The notes beneath the pieces are model-generated. The model saw only the letters and a program-made list of their open reading frames with translations. It was not told where the DNA came from and did not search any database. Positions 20,837-30,344 of a stretch of 64,000 nucleotides of DNA are shown here, one piece after another. How positions within the stretch are numbered: the stretch's first letter is position 1; each line of letters starts with the position of its first letter. This DNA comes from Nitrobacter sp. 62-23. GTDB taxonomy: Bacteria > Pseudomonadota > Alphaproteobacteria > Rhizobiales > Xanthobacteraceae. The stretch is taken from NCBI RefSeq assembly GCF_001897285.1, contig NZ_MKSM01000123.1, positions 12,675 through 76,674 on the forward strand, given 5' to 3'. The translations under genes were made by a program, and so were the position numbers.

Positions 20837-22213
20837 ATGCACCCGCGAGAGCAAACGATCTTCGCCCTGTCGTCGGGCCGTCCGCCGTCGGCGATCGCGG
20901 TGGTGCGCGTATCGGGTGTGCAGGCGGGACCGGCGCTTGAACACGTCGCAGGAATGATTCCCGCCGCGCGCGTGGCGAAGCGAGTCATGTTGCGCGATTC
21001 GTTCGGCGAAGTAATTGATGACGCTATCGTTTTGTGGTTCCGCGCGCCTGCGAGCGCGACCGGCGAGGACGTCGCGGAGTTCCACGTTCACGGCGGTCGC
21101 GCGGTGCTGCATGCATTGTTCGCTGCGCTGTCATCCATCGACAATGTGAGGGCAGCGGAGCCGGGAGAGTTTACCCGCCGCGCGTTCGAAAACGGCAAGA
21201 TCGATCTCACCGAAGCCGAAGGTCTCGACGATCTCATCCATGCCGACACCGACCGGCAGCGCCGGCAGGCGGTGCGGCAGTTGCAGGGCTTGCTCGGCGA
21301 TCGCGCGCGCGAATGGCGCAGACAACTGATCGAGGCGTCAGCCTTGATCGAGGCCGGAATCGATTTCGCGGACGAAGGCGACGTGCCGGAAGACCTGTCC
21401 GAGCCAGCGATGGCAAAGATCGGGCGACTCCGCCGCGAGATCGAAAAAACCCTTGCGGCATCGGCGCAAGGCGAGCGGCTGCGCGACGGGCTGACAGTCG
21501 CGATTGCGGGACCGCCGAATGCCGGCAAGTCGACGTTGCTCAATCGCCTGGCGCGCCGGGACGCGGCGATCGTCTCGCCATATGCCGGCACCACGCGCGA
21601 TGTCATCGAGGTTCATCTCGATCTCGATGGTTATCCCGTGATGCTGATCGACACCGCGGGCATTCGCGAAACCGAAGATCCGGTTGAGCGGGAAGGTGTG
21701 CGGCGGGCGATGGAGCGGGCTGCTGCTGCGGATCTGGTGTTATGGCTTGCCGATGTTGATGGCGACGGCACCGATCCGTTGCTGCCGATTGGCGAGGGGA
21801 GCGTGCCGGTTTGGCGGGTGCGCAACAAGGTCGATCTTTCAGGGTCCGAGACCGATGAGACGAAGTCGGGGCAGCTTGAGGCGAAACCGGGGCAGGAGGC
21901 GGCGACGAAATGTTTCCGGATTTCGGCGGCGCGGGGCGATGGCGTCGACGGCCTGGTTGCCGGGCTGGCGTCATTCGCAGGCGACTGGTTCGGTTCGGGC
22001 GAGATAGCCGGTATCACGCGTTTGCGGCACCGCAACATATTGCGGGAAGCCGCAGCATCGCTTGCGAAAGCGGAGAAGTTCAACGGCAACGCCGACGAGC
22101 TCGTGGCGGAGGAGCTTCGGGCTTCGAGCCAATTGATGGGACGGCTGCTGGGGCGCGTGGACATCGAGGATATTCTAGATTCGCTCTTTAAGGACTTTTG
22201 TATCGGGAAATAA
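20837..22213 (+). CDS. mnmE: tRNA modification GTPase MnmE
   Basis: [31 protein letters not shown]-terminal FCIGK. Confidence 0.96.
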   Translation: MHPREQTIFALSSGRPPSAIAVVRVSGVQAGPALEHVAGMIPAARVAKRVMLRDSFGEVIDDAIVLWFRAPASATGEDVAEFHVHGGRAVLHALFAALSSIDNVRAAEPGEFTRRAFENGKIDLTEAEGLDDLIHADTDRQRRQAVRQLQGLLGDRAREWRRQLIEASALIEAGIDFADEGDVPEDLSEPAMAKIGRLRREIEKTLAASAQGERLRDGLTVAIAGPPNAGKSTLLNRLARRDAAIVSPYAGTTRDVIEVHLDLDGYPVMLIDTAGIRETEDPVEREGVRRAMERAAAADLVLWLADVDGDGTDPLLPIGEGSVPVWRVRNKVDLSGSETDETKSGQLEAKPGQEAATKCFRISAARGDGVDGLVAGLASFAGDWFGSGEIAGITRLRHRNILREAAASLAKAEKFNGNADELVAEELRASSQLMGRLLGRVDIEDILDSLFKDFCIGK

Positions 22214-22286
22214 ATGAATAATAATTCACTTCTTAACATAATCGGAGGGGCGCGGAAGGTGGTGGTCAGTCGCGCGCCCTGCAAAA

Positions 22287-22302
22287 TGTTTCACGTGAAA
22301 CG
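22287..22302. promoter_or_regulatory. parS site
   Basis: TGTTTCACGTGAAACG, 15/16 match to the palindromic consensus. Confidence 0.88.
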
Positions 22303-22385
22303 TCCCTGGACCGGCGCGATAAAATCCGGCTTTCAGGACGGTCCTCGCCTGGGCTAGAAGTCGGGTGAATAGAATGCGAAATGCC

Positions 22386-24260
22386 ATGACACCATCGTTC
22401 GACGTCATCGTGATCGGAGGAGGGCACGCCGGCTGTGAAGCCGCGTCAGCGGCCGCGCGAATGGGCGCCCGGACGGCGCTCGTTACCCATCGCTTCGCCA
22501 CCGTCGGTGCGATGTCCTGCAATCCGGCGATTGGCGGCCTGGGCAAGGGCCATCTCGTCCGCGAGATCGACGCGCTGGACGGGCTGATGGGCCGCGTGGC
22601 CGACGCGGCCGGCATCCAGTTCCGGATGCTCAATCGCCGCAAGGGTCCGGCGGTGCGCGGCCCGCGCGCCCAGGCCGACCGCAAGCTTTATGCCGCCGCG
22701 ATGCAGGGTGCGATTCGGGAGACCGCAAATCTCCAGGTGATCGAAGGCGAGGCGGACGACCTGCTCATTGCCAACGGCAGTATCGCCGGCATTCGCCTGA
22801 GCGACGGCCGTGAGTTCGGGGCCGGCGCGGTCGTTGTCACCACGGGCACCTTTCTGCGCGGGCTGATCCATCTCGGTGAGAAAAGCTGGCCGGCTGGCCG
22901 GGTCGATGAAGCGCCGTCGCTCGGCCTGTCTGCGGCCTTTGAGCGGATCGGCTTTACGCTCGGCCGCCTCAAGACCGGGACGCCGCCACGGCTCGACGGC
23001 GCCACCATTGACTGGACGGCAGTGGAAATGCAGCCCGGCGACGATCCACCGGAGCCGTTTTCGGTCATGACCGATCGGATCACGGTGCCGCAGATCCAGT
23101 GCGGCATCACCCGCACCACGCCGGCCACCCACGACGTGATCCGGACCAATGTGCACCGATCGCCGATCTATTCCGGCCAGATCACGAGTTCGGGGCCGCG
23201 CTATTGCCCGTCGATCGAGGACAAGGTGGTCCGTTTCGGCGATCGCGACGGCCACCAGATTTTCCTGGAGCCGGAAGGTCTCGACGATCCCACGGTCTAT
23301 CCCAACGGGATTTCGACCTCGTTGCCGGAGGAGGTTCAACGCGCGATCCTCGCGACGATTCCGGGTCTCGAGCGCGTCCGGATGACCCGGCCCGGCTATG
23401 CCATCGAATACGATCACGTCGATCCGCGCGAGCTGGAGCCGACCCTGCAGACCCGCCGCATGCCGGGGCTTTTCCTCGCCGGCCAGATCAACGGGACCAC
23501 GGGGTATGAGGAGGCCGCGGCGCAGGGGCTGGTCGCGGGCCTCAATGCAGCGCTGGCGGCGGGCGGGGGCGATCCGGCCGTTTTCGACCGCGCCGATGGC
23601 TATCTCGGCGTGATGATCGACGACCTCGTGACCCGCGGGATTACCGAGCCCTATCGGATGTTCACCTCGCGGGCCGAATATCGCCTGACGCTCCGCGCCG
23701 ACAATGCCGACCAGCGGCTGACGGACAAGGGCATTGCAATGGGCTGTGTCGGGGCAGGGCGCGCCACGCATCACCGGGCCAAGATGGCGGCGTTGGAGGC
23801 GGCGAAGGCGCAGGCGAAATCGCTGTCGGTGACGCCGAACGAGGCCGGACGGCACGGGCTTTCGCTCAACCGTGACGGCCATCGGCGGTCGGCCTTCGAG
23901 CTTCTCGCTTACCCGGAGATCGGGTGGGGTGAGGTGACCGCGATCTGGCCGGAGCTCTCGGCTGTCGATCCGAAAATCGCCGCGCATCTGGAGATCGATG
24001 CCAAATACGACGTCTACCTGAGGCGCCAGATCGCGGATGTCGAAGCATTCCGGCGGGACGAGGGGCTTATCCTGACCGGGATCGACTATTCAGACGTACC
24101 AGGCCTCTCCAACGAGGCGCGCAACCGGTTGGAAAAAGCCCAGCCGCGTACGGTGGGGCAGGCGGGACGGCTCGATGGCCTGACGCCAGCCGCGCTCGGT
24201 ATCCTGGCGGCCTATTTGCGCCGGGAAGCCCGCAAGAGAGCCGCCGCCGCCCCGGGCTGA
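22386..24260 (+). CDS. mnmG: tRNA uridine modification enzyme MnmG/GidA
   Basis: [44 protein letters not shown]. Confidence 0.97.
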   Translation: MTPSFDVIVIGGGHAGCEAASAAARMGARTALVTHRFATVGAMSCNPAIGGLGKGHLVREIDALDGLMGRVADAAGIQFRMLNRRKGPAVRGPRAQADRKLYAAAMQGAIRETANLQVIEGEADDLLIANGSIAGIRLSDGREFGAGAVVVTTGTFLRGLIHLGEKSWPAGRVDEAPSLGLSAAFERIGFTLGRLKTGTPPRLDGATIDWTAVEMQPGDDPPEPFSVMTDRITVPQIQCGITRTTPATHDVIRTNVHRSPIYSGQITSSGPRYCPSIEDKVVRFGDRDGHQIFLEPEGLDDPTVYPNGISTSLPEEVQRAILATIPGLERVRMTRPGYAIEYDHVDPRELEPTLQTRRMPGLFLAGQINGTTGYEEAAAQGLVAGLNAALAAGGGDPAVFDRADGYLGVMIDDLVTRGITEPYRMFTSRAEYRLTLRADNADQRLTDKGIAMGCVGAGRATHHRAKMAALEAAKAQAKSLSVTPNEAGRHGLSLNRDGHRRSAFELLAYPEIGWGEVTAIWPELSAVDPKIAAHLEIDAKYDVYLRRQIADVEAFRRDEGLILTGIDYSDVPGLSNEARNRLEKAQPRTVGQAGRLDGLTPAALGILAAYLRREARKRAAAAPG

Positions 24261-24277
24261 GCGGATCCGGCCCGCGA

Positions 24278-24293
24278 TGTTTCACGTGAAACA
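24278..24293. promoter_or_regulatory. parS site (perfect)
   Basis: TGTTTCACGTGAAACA. Confidence 0.92.
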
Positions 24294-24326
24294 TCCACGC
24301 ATGATCGCCGCCTGCGAATGCAGTGA

Positions 24327-24433
24327 CCAGAGAGCGTTTCAAGCGAAGTGGCCACCGGTTCGCGTAAAGAAGACGCATCAAATCAAAACATAGAACCCTG
24401 CCTCTGATTCCATCAGAAGCGGGAAAGGCTCTA
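24327..24433 (+). mobile_element. TAG-bounded mini-element (two modules)
   Basis: agagcgtttcaagcgaagtgg.caccggttcgcgt..agaagacgcatcaaatcaa + ctctgattccatcagaag hairpin ending ggctcta. Confidence 0.75.
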
Positions 24434-24686
24434 TGGCATGAAGGATCGTTTGCCAGGGCAGCCGGGTGGACCGCTGCGCTATGGGTTGCTGTTTTGCAGC
24501 GACGACCCAGAGGAACAGTACAACGTAGGCCTGCTCAACCCGGCCAAGCCTGAAGAATGGGCGTTGCTCGAAACGCCCATACCAGCGGCCGAGCACCGCC
24601 CAATCGGCCAATGGCCGACCCGAGCAAAGCCCAGGACCAAAATATCTGGCCGGGAATCACGGTATCTCGTATGCTGCCACGTAACC

Positions 24687-25388
24687 ATGCCCAAACCTTT
24701 ACAGGCTCGTTCCGTTTCCACCGCCGACAAGGCGGCTGCGCTGGCGCTGACCCCTGTTTCACGTGAAACCGAGGCGAGGCTGGACGCCTACGTCGATCTG
24801 CTCGGCCAATGGCAGACCAAAACCAATCTTGTCGCCCCGTCGACGCTGCCGCAGCTTTGGACGCGCCACATCGCCGATTCGCTCCAGCTTTTTTCGCGGG
24901 CGCCGCAGGCGAAACTCTGGGCTGATCTCGGCAGCGGTGGCGGGTTCCCCGGTGTCGTGCTGGCATGCGTTCTCGCGGACGTCCAAGGCGCGCGGGTCGA
25001 TCTTGTTGAGCGCAACACCAAAAAGGCCGCCTTCCTGCGAGAGGCTGCCCGGATCACCGGGGCGCCCGCCGTCATTCACAACGCGGATATTGGGGATTAC
25101 GTGGAAAGATTGGAGGGCCGGATCGATTGCGTGACCGCGCGGGCGCTGGCGCCTCTACAAGTGCTGCTCGGCTTCGCGGAACCTCTGGTCAAACAGGGCG
25201 CCAAGGCACTGTTTCTCAAGGGGCAAGATGTAGAAGCTGAATTGACGGAAGCCACTAAATATTGGAACATTAAGCCTTGCATTCATTCCAGCCGCACCGG
25301 CGGAGGAGGCTGGATCGTCGAACTCGATCACATCGAGCGGCGCGATCATTCTCCCATAAAGCATGGTCTCGCGCATGACTGTAATTGA
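24687..25388 (+). CDS. rsmG: 16S rRNA m7G527 methyltransferase RsmG/GidB
   Basis: WTRHIADSLQ, DLGSGGGFPG, VTARALA, FLKG; start taken at MPKPLQ. Confidence 0.93.
   Translation: MPKPLQARSVSTADKAAALALTPVSRETEARLDAYVDLLGQWQTKTNLVAPSTLPQLWTRHIADSLQLFSRAPQAKLWADLGSGGGFPGVVLACVLADVQGARVDLVERNTKKAAFLREAARITGAPAVIHNADIGDYVERLEGRIDCVTARALAPLQVLLGFAEPLVKQGAKALFLKGQDVEAELTEATKYWNIKPCIHSSRTGGGGWIVELDHIERRDHSPIKHGLAHDCN
24755..24770. promoter_or_regulatory. parS site inside rsmG
   Basis: TGTTTCACGTGAAACC, read in frame as VSRET. Confidence 0.85.
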
Positions 25389-26232
25389 TGAAATATATCA
25401 ATACGATAGAGATGACGAATCGTCCGCCGGCCATCCCCGGATCATTTCGCTCGCGAACCAGAAAGGCGGCGTCGGCAAGACGACGACCGCGATCAATCTC
25501 GGCACCGCGCTGGCTGCGATCGGCGAAAGCGTCCTGATCGTCGACCTCGATCCCCAGGGCAACGCATCGACCGGCCTCGGCATCGATCGCCGCGACCGCA
25601 ACGTCTCCACCTACGATGTGTTGATCGGCGAAGCGCCGTTGCGCGACGCCGTGGTGCCGACCGCGGTGCCGCGCCTGCATATTGCGGCCTCGACCATGGA
25701 CCTCTCGGGTCTCGAACTCGAACTCGGCGCCACGAAGGATCGCGCCTTTCGTCTGCGCGACGCGATCACCGGGCTCAACGGCAACGCAGCCGACAATGTC
25801 GATTACACCTACGTACTGATCGACTGCCCGCCGTCGCTCAACCTTCTCACCGTCAACGCGATGGCGGCGTCGGACGCGATCCTGGTGCCGCTGCAATGCG
25901 AGTTCTTCGCGCTCGAAGGCCTGTCCCAACTTCTGCAGACGGTCGAGCAGGTGCGCACCACCCTCAATCCGCATCTGTCGATCCATGGCATCGTGCTGAC
26001 CATGTTCGACTCGCGCAACAACCTGTCGAACCAGGTCGTCGCGGACGTACGCCAGTTCATGGGCTCGAAGGTCTACGACACCATGATCCCGCGCAACGTT
26101 CGCATTTCGGAAGCGCCGTCCTACGGCAAGCCGGTGCTGGTCTACGATCTCAAATGCAGCGGCAGCGAAGCCTATCTGAAGCTCGCGACCGAAGTGATCC
26201 AGCGCGAGCGCGAGTTGCGGACGACGCATTGA
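25375..26232 (+). CDS. parA: Chromosome partitioning ATPase
   Basis: ANQKGGVGKTTT, DLDPQGNAST, IDCPPSL, PLQCEFFALEG. Confidence 0.96.
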   Translation: MTVIDEIYQYDRDDESSAGHPRIISLANQKGGVGKTTTAINLGTALAAIGESVLIVDLDPQGNASTGLGIDRRDRNVSTYDVLIGEAPLRDAVVPTAVPRLHIAASTMDLSGLELELGATKDRAFRLRDAITGLNGNAADNVDYTYVLIDCPPSLNLLTVNAMAASDAILVPLQCEFFALEGLSQLLQTVEQVRTTLNPHLSIHGIVLTMFDSRNNLSNQVVADVRQFMGSKVYDTMIPRNVRISEAPSYGKPVLVYDLKCSGSEAYLKLATEVIQRERELRTTH

Positions 26233-26239
26233 GCACGAC

Positions 26240-26371
26240 CGTCGTCCCCGTGCAGGCGGGGACCCATAACCGCTGGCGTTTTTGTTCTCGCAGGTAGGTC
26301 AAATAGGGCCGGTAACGCTTTCCACATCATCGGTGACACGGCGTCGGGTCTCCGCCTGCGCGGGCACGACG
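26240..26371. repeat. REP pair between parA and parB
   Basis: cgtcgtccccgtgcaggcggggaccc ... gggtctccgcctgcgcgggcacgacg. Confidence 0.75.
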
Positions 26372-26419
26372 CCAGAATGAATACTTACGGAGTTACAGAT
26401 GAATCCAAGGGAGCTGGCG

Positions 26420-27301
26420 ATGGCCGACGAAGCGCGTTCGCGACTGGGCCGCGGTCTTGCAAGTCTGATCGGCGACGTCGGCGGCGAGGCGGCCCACGCC
26501 GAGCGCCCGCGCACGCAGCGCAAGGTGGCGATCGAATTCCTGAAACCCAATCCGCGCAATCCGCGCCGGGCGTTTTCCGATGTCGAGCTCGGCGAGCTGG
26601 CCGATTCGATTCGCCAGCACGGCGTGATCCAGCCGATCGTGGTGCGCCCGGTGAAGGGCGTTCAGGATCGCTACGAGATCATCGCCGGCGAACGGCGCTG
26701 GCGCGCGGCGCAGGCGGCGGGATTGCATGACGTCCCGATCGTGCCGGTCGACGTCAGCGACCACGTCGCGCTGGAGATCGCGATCATCGAGAACGTGCAG
26801 CGCGAAGACCTCAACGCGATGGAAGAGGCGAAGGGCTATCACGCGCTTGCCGACGAATTCAAACGCACCCAGGACGAAATTGCAAAGATCGTCGGCAAGA
26901 GCCGCAGCCACGTCGCCAACATGATGCGGCTGACCAAGCTGCCCGAGGACGTGCAGGCGCTGATCGCTTCCGGCGAGTTGTCGGCGGGCCACGCGCGCGC
27001 GCTGATCGGCGTGCCCGATCCGTCTACGGCCGCGAAGCGCATCGTCGCGGAAGGGCTGAACGTGCGCCAGGCCGAGGCGCTCGCGCATGAGGCCGGCGTG
27101 CCGGAGCGCAAGCCGCCGAAGGCGCGCGCGGACAAGGCGCAGAAGGACGCCGATACGTTGGCGCTGGAAAAGCGGGTCAGCGACGCGCTCGGCCTTGCGG
27201 TGACGGTGGATCACAAGAACCCCGGCGGCGTCGTGCAGATCCGTTACCGCGATCTCGATCAGCTCGACGAGATTTTGAAGCGGCTGGACACCAAAAACTA
27301 G
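26420..27301 (+). CDS. parB: Chromosome partitioning protein ParB
   Basis: LGRGLASLI, NPRNPRR, IIAGERRWRAAQ, IIENVQREDL, GKSRSHVAN. Confidence 0.96.
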   Translation: MADEARSRLGRGLASLIGDVGGEAAHAERPRTQRKVAIEFLKPNPRNPRRAFSDVELGELADSIRQHGVIQPIVVRPVKGVQDRYEIIAGERRWRAAQAAGLHDVPIVPVDVSDHVALEIAIIENVQREDLNAMEEAKGYHALADEFKRTQDEIAKIVGKSRSHVANMMRLTKLPEDVQALIASGELSAGHARALIGVPDPSTAAKRIVAEGLNVRQAEALAHEAGVPERKPPKARADKAQKDADTLALEKRVSDALGLAVTVDHKNPGGVVQIRYRDLDQLDEILKRLDTKN

Positions 27302-27346
27302 GGCATGGTTCTTTTGGCCCAACCGGCAACCTGTCATTCCGGGCTG

Positions 27347-27410
27347 TAGAGCGTTTTCGAGCGAAGTGGGGACCGGTTCGCGTGAGGAAAACGCGTCGAC
27401 TAGGCTCTAG
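27347..27410 (+). mobile_element. Minimal TAG-bounded mini-element; far end is the stop of the Trm112-like gene
   Basis: tagagcgttttcgagcgaagtgggg accggttcgcgtgaggaaaacgcgtcgactaggctctag; TAGAG...CTCTA termini. Confidence 0.8.
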
Positions 27411-27604
27411 CCGATTTTCCGTGCCTCTTCCGGCAGCATGATCGGAATGCCGTCGCGGATCGGGTAGGCGAGTTTGGCCGAACGCGAAATCAGCTCCTGC
27501 CGCGCGCCGTCGAATTCCAATGGTCCCTTGGTCACCGGACAGACCAGAACCTCCAGCAGCTTGGGATCGACGGTGTCTTCGGAACGGTCGGAGGAGGTGG
27601 TCAT
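27407..27604 (-). CDS. Trm112/YcaR family protein
   Basis: [25 protein letters not shown]. Confidence 0.93.
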   Translation of the reverse strand: MTTSSDRSEDTVDPKLLEVLVCPVTKGPLEFDGARQELISRSAKLAYPIRDGIPIMLPEEARKIG

Positions 27605-27684
27605 GCATCTCTCTTTGAAAAACAGATCCGGCGAAATTCTGGAGCCGGTTCACTTACGATGAATCGGACTCGTCGCTTATCCTT

Positions 27685-27834
27685 TTGTTTGAGCGTAATC
27701 TTTTTTCCCAAAAAACGGTATTCGCTTTTCGAGATCATGCTCCAGATTCATTGTTTTTGACGCACGGCCTTCACGCGAACCGGTTTCCATCTCCGGGTCG
27801 AGCCCGAAAACATGCTTCGCTCGAAAACGCTGCA
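27685..27834 (-). mobile_element. Composite mini-element with an internal ccgggtcgagcccg hairpin
   Basis: gagatcatgctcca module joined to tttttgacgc...ttcacgcgaaccggt...cttcgctcgaaaacgct. Confidence 0.65.
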
Positions 27835-27866
27835 GCATTCGCACCCCCGCTTCAGCAGCTCTCCGG

Positions 27867-28541
27867 CTACTGCAATCCGGGGTCGCCGCTGGTGCGTTTT
27901 TTCGCGAGGTCCATTTCGGTGACGGCGATCAGAATTTCCGCGCGTGTTTTCAGGTCGGTTGCCTCCAGCATCGCCTGCTTCTCCGGCGGTCCATAGGGCG
28001 ACATCATCGCCAGCGCGTTGACCAGAGCCTCGTTCGGGGCGTTCTCGATGCCACCCCAGTCCACCTTCAGGTCGTTGACCTTGAGGAAGTCAGTCAGCAC
28101 TTCCAGAAGCCGCTTGCGGTCGACGGCGTCCTCGCCCTTGCGCGCGGTCAGATCATCGGCATAGGCGAAGAAATCCACCTTGCACTGGCGATAGGGCGTC
28201 AGCACCGTCAGTTCTTCCACGATCTTGAAACGCGAGACGCCGGTGAGTTCGAGGAGGTAGCGGCCGTCGCCGGATTCGGCGAACTGGGTGATGCGTCCGG
28301 CGCAGCCGACCTGGAACAGCTTTGGCTTGTCCTCGCTTGCGGAATGGGCGATGTCGGGCTGGATCATGCCGATCAGGCGATGGCCGTCGCGGAAGGCGTC
28401 GTCCACCATCGCGAGATAGCGCATCTCGAAGATGTTGAGCGGCATCTGCCCGCGCGGCAGCAGCAACGCGCCGGGCAGCGGAAACACCGGTATCACCTCG
28501 GGAAGGTCACCGGGACCGCGATAGTCGGCATTGATGGGCAT
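27867..28541 (-). CDS. LON peptidase substrate-binding domain protein
   Basis: FPLPGALLLP, PLNIFEMRY, VGCAGRI, EKQAMLEA. Confidence 0.9.
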   Translation of the reverse strand: MPINADYRGPGDLPEVIPVFPLPGALLLPRGQMPLNIFEMRYLAMVDDAFRDGHRLIGMIQPDIAHSASEDKPKLFQVGCAGRITQFAESGDGRYLLELTGVSRFKIVEELTVLTPYRQCKVDFFAYADDLTARKGEDAVDRKRLLEVLTDFLKVNDLKVDWGGIENAPNEALVNALAMMSPYGPPEKQAMLEATDLKTRAEILIAVTEMDLAKKRTSGDPGLQ

Positions 28542-28616
28542 GGGCGGGTCCGGTGCTATCGAAAAGTGCCTGCGAGGTCGAATTGATGTGAACCCCTGCC
28601 GCAGGCGGAAAGGCTG

Positions 28617-29549
28617 CTAGGAAAACAGGATCGTCGACAGACGCTTGCGTCCCTCGACGGTGGCTTGGTCGGCGCCGCCCCATGCCTCAAAAAACTGCAC
28701 GAGCTGCTTGCGTGCCGCATCGTCATTCCATTTGCGGTCGCGCCTGACGATCTCGAGCAGGTGGTCGGTGGCCTCGCTCCGTTTGCCGGCGGCGTTCAGC
28801 GCGGTGGCGAGATCGAACCGCGCCTGATGATCGAGTGGATTGGCCGCGACCTTTCCTTCCAGCTCAGCGACGGGGCCAAGCGAATTCGCCTGTTCGGCGA
28901 GGTCGATCATGGCCTGCACGGCTTTTACGGCGGCGTCGCCGCGCTTGGATTCGGGCACCAGTTCGAGCGTCTGCTTGGCTTTGTCGAGCGCGCCGGTCAC
29001 TGTGTAGCAGCGCGCCAGACCCGCGATCGCCGGAAGATTGGCGGCGTCGAAACCGAGAACCTCGGCGTAGATCGAAGCGGCCGTGGTCGGATCGTCCGCG
29101 GTGAGCGCGGCCTCCGCCTCTTGCAGGACTTCCTCGATATTCGGTGCGCCCGGCGCCGCCACGCCCTGGGTCAGCTTGTCGATGAAGGCTCTGATCTGGC
29201 TCTCTGGCGCAGCGCCCATGAAGAAGTCTACCGGCCGTCCGCCGGAGAAGGCAAAAACCGCCGGTATCGACTGGTTGCCGGTCTGTGCCGCAAGCTGCTG
29301 AAAAATGGCGGGGTGCTGATCGATGTTCATCTTCACCAGCCTGATCTTGCCGCCGGCGGCGAGCACGGCCTTTTCCAGGACCGGGGCAAGCTGGCGGCAA
29401 GGGCCGCACCACGGCGCCCAGAAATCGACCAGCACCGGCTGGTGCATCGATTCCTCGATGACGTCCCTCATAAAGGTCTGGGTCGTCGTTTCCCTGATCA
29501 GATCCGACGCCTGCGGTGGGGGGCCGCTGCCCTGCTCGACTATGGTCAC
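28617..29549 (-). CDS. YbbN/CnoX thioredoxin-TPR chaperedoxin
   Basis: LVDFWAPWCGPC, helical C-terminus with WNDDAARKQLVQFF; GTG start after GAGG. Confidence 0.88.
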   Translation of the reverse strand: MTIVEQGSGPPPQASDLIRETTTQTFMRDVIEESMHQPVLVDFWAPWCGPCRQLAPVLEKAVLAAGGKIRLVKMNIDQHPAIFQQLAAQTGNQSIPAVFAFSGGRPVDFFMGAAPESQIRAFIDKLTQGVAAPGAPNIEEVLQEAEAALTADDPTTAASIYAEVLGFDAANLPAIAGLARCYTVTGALDKAKQTLELVPESKRGDAAVKAVQAMIDLAEQANSLGPVAELEGKVAANPLDHQARFDLATALNAAGKRSEATDHLLEIVRRDRKWNDDAARKQLVQFFEAWGGADQATVEGRKRLSTILFS

Positions 29550-29887
29550 GTGATCCTCGCCTGATCTTCCCGGAATGGGCCGATTCGACAACCGCCCGAA
29601 CCCTTAATTGGTCCCTGCGGGGAAATTTTGCAATCGGCGGAACCGGCCGCCGGGCCGACCGGTCGGCACCCGGCGAATATAGCAGGATTTCTGCGCTGTT
29701 TTTGGCGTCCGTCGCGATAACGACCGCGAAGTCCGGGATTGCTGGTCCGATTCCGATCTTCGCAGCCGGTATTTTTTCCGAGAATCGACTCGGCATAACT
29801 GTCGGCAATATCTTGCTGTTGCATTCACAGGTCGCATTTGGCATAGGTCTGCGCTCCGGCGGCTTGAAAGCCGGATGCGTGTCGGAT

Positions 29888-29962
<75 letters not shown>

Positions 29963-30242
29963 GTCTTCCAGCGCGCGCCGCTGGTTTTGCAAGGCGACGG
30001 AGCCTCGGAAGGCGTTGTCGCCGGACATGCTGGAGCATTTTGTCGCTTCGAGCCGCTTCAGATCCCGGCTTGCATCGGAACCCGGACCCCACGAAATTGA
30101 TGTGATGCTCCCCGGCATTGAATTTGCTGGTCCTTTTGCGGGACCGGCGCAATCTGCCGTCGATTTCGTGCCTGCTGCGCGCCGGAAAACGCCCTCGCGG
30201 GGGGAGGGCCGAGGCGCGATTATAGTAAATCTACGATCTCCG

Positions 30243-30258
30243 TTAACCTCGCTTTAAC
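30243..30258 (+). promoter_or_regulatory. CtrA box
   Basis: TTAA-CCTCGCT-TTAAC, exact TTAA-N7-TTAAC. Confidence 0.75.
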
Positions 30259-30344
30259 CGACCCCATTCATGATCGGTAAACCACGCAAGCGCCCGCGAG
30301 TCGTGAGCCTGGTGTTCTTGGATCTAACTCCTGGGGAGGATCAA

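Noticed and set aside
22222-22237. CtrA-like site near parS (taat-N7-ttaac)
   Set aside because: Two mismatches in the first half within an AT-rich patch, so likely chance.
1-29549. Four thioredoxin-fold genes as one redox system
   Set aside because: They are spread over 30 kb in unrelated operons and each belongs to a common family.
29839-29853. Sigma54 promoter before tRNA-Gly (tggcat...tgc)
   Set aside because: GG-to-GC spacing is 9 nt rather than the required 10.
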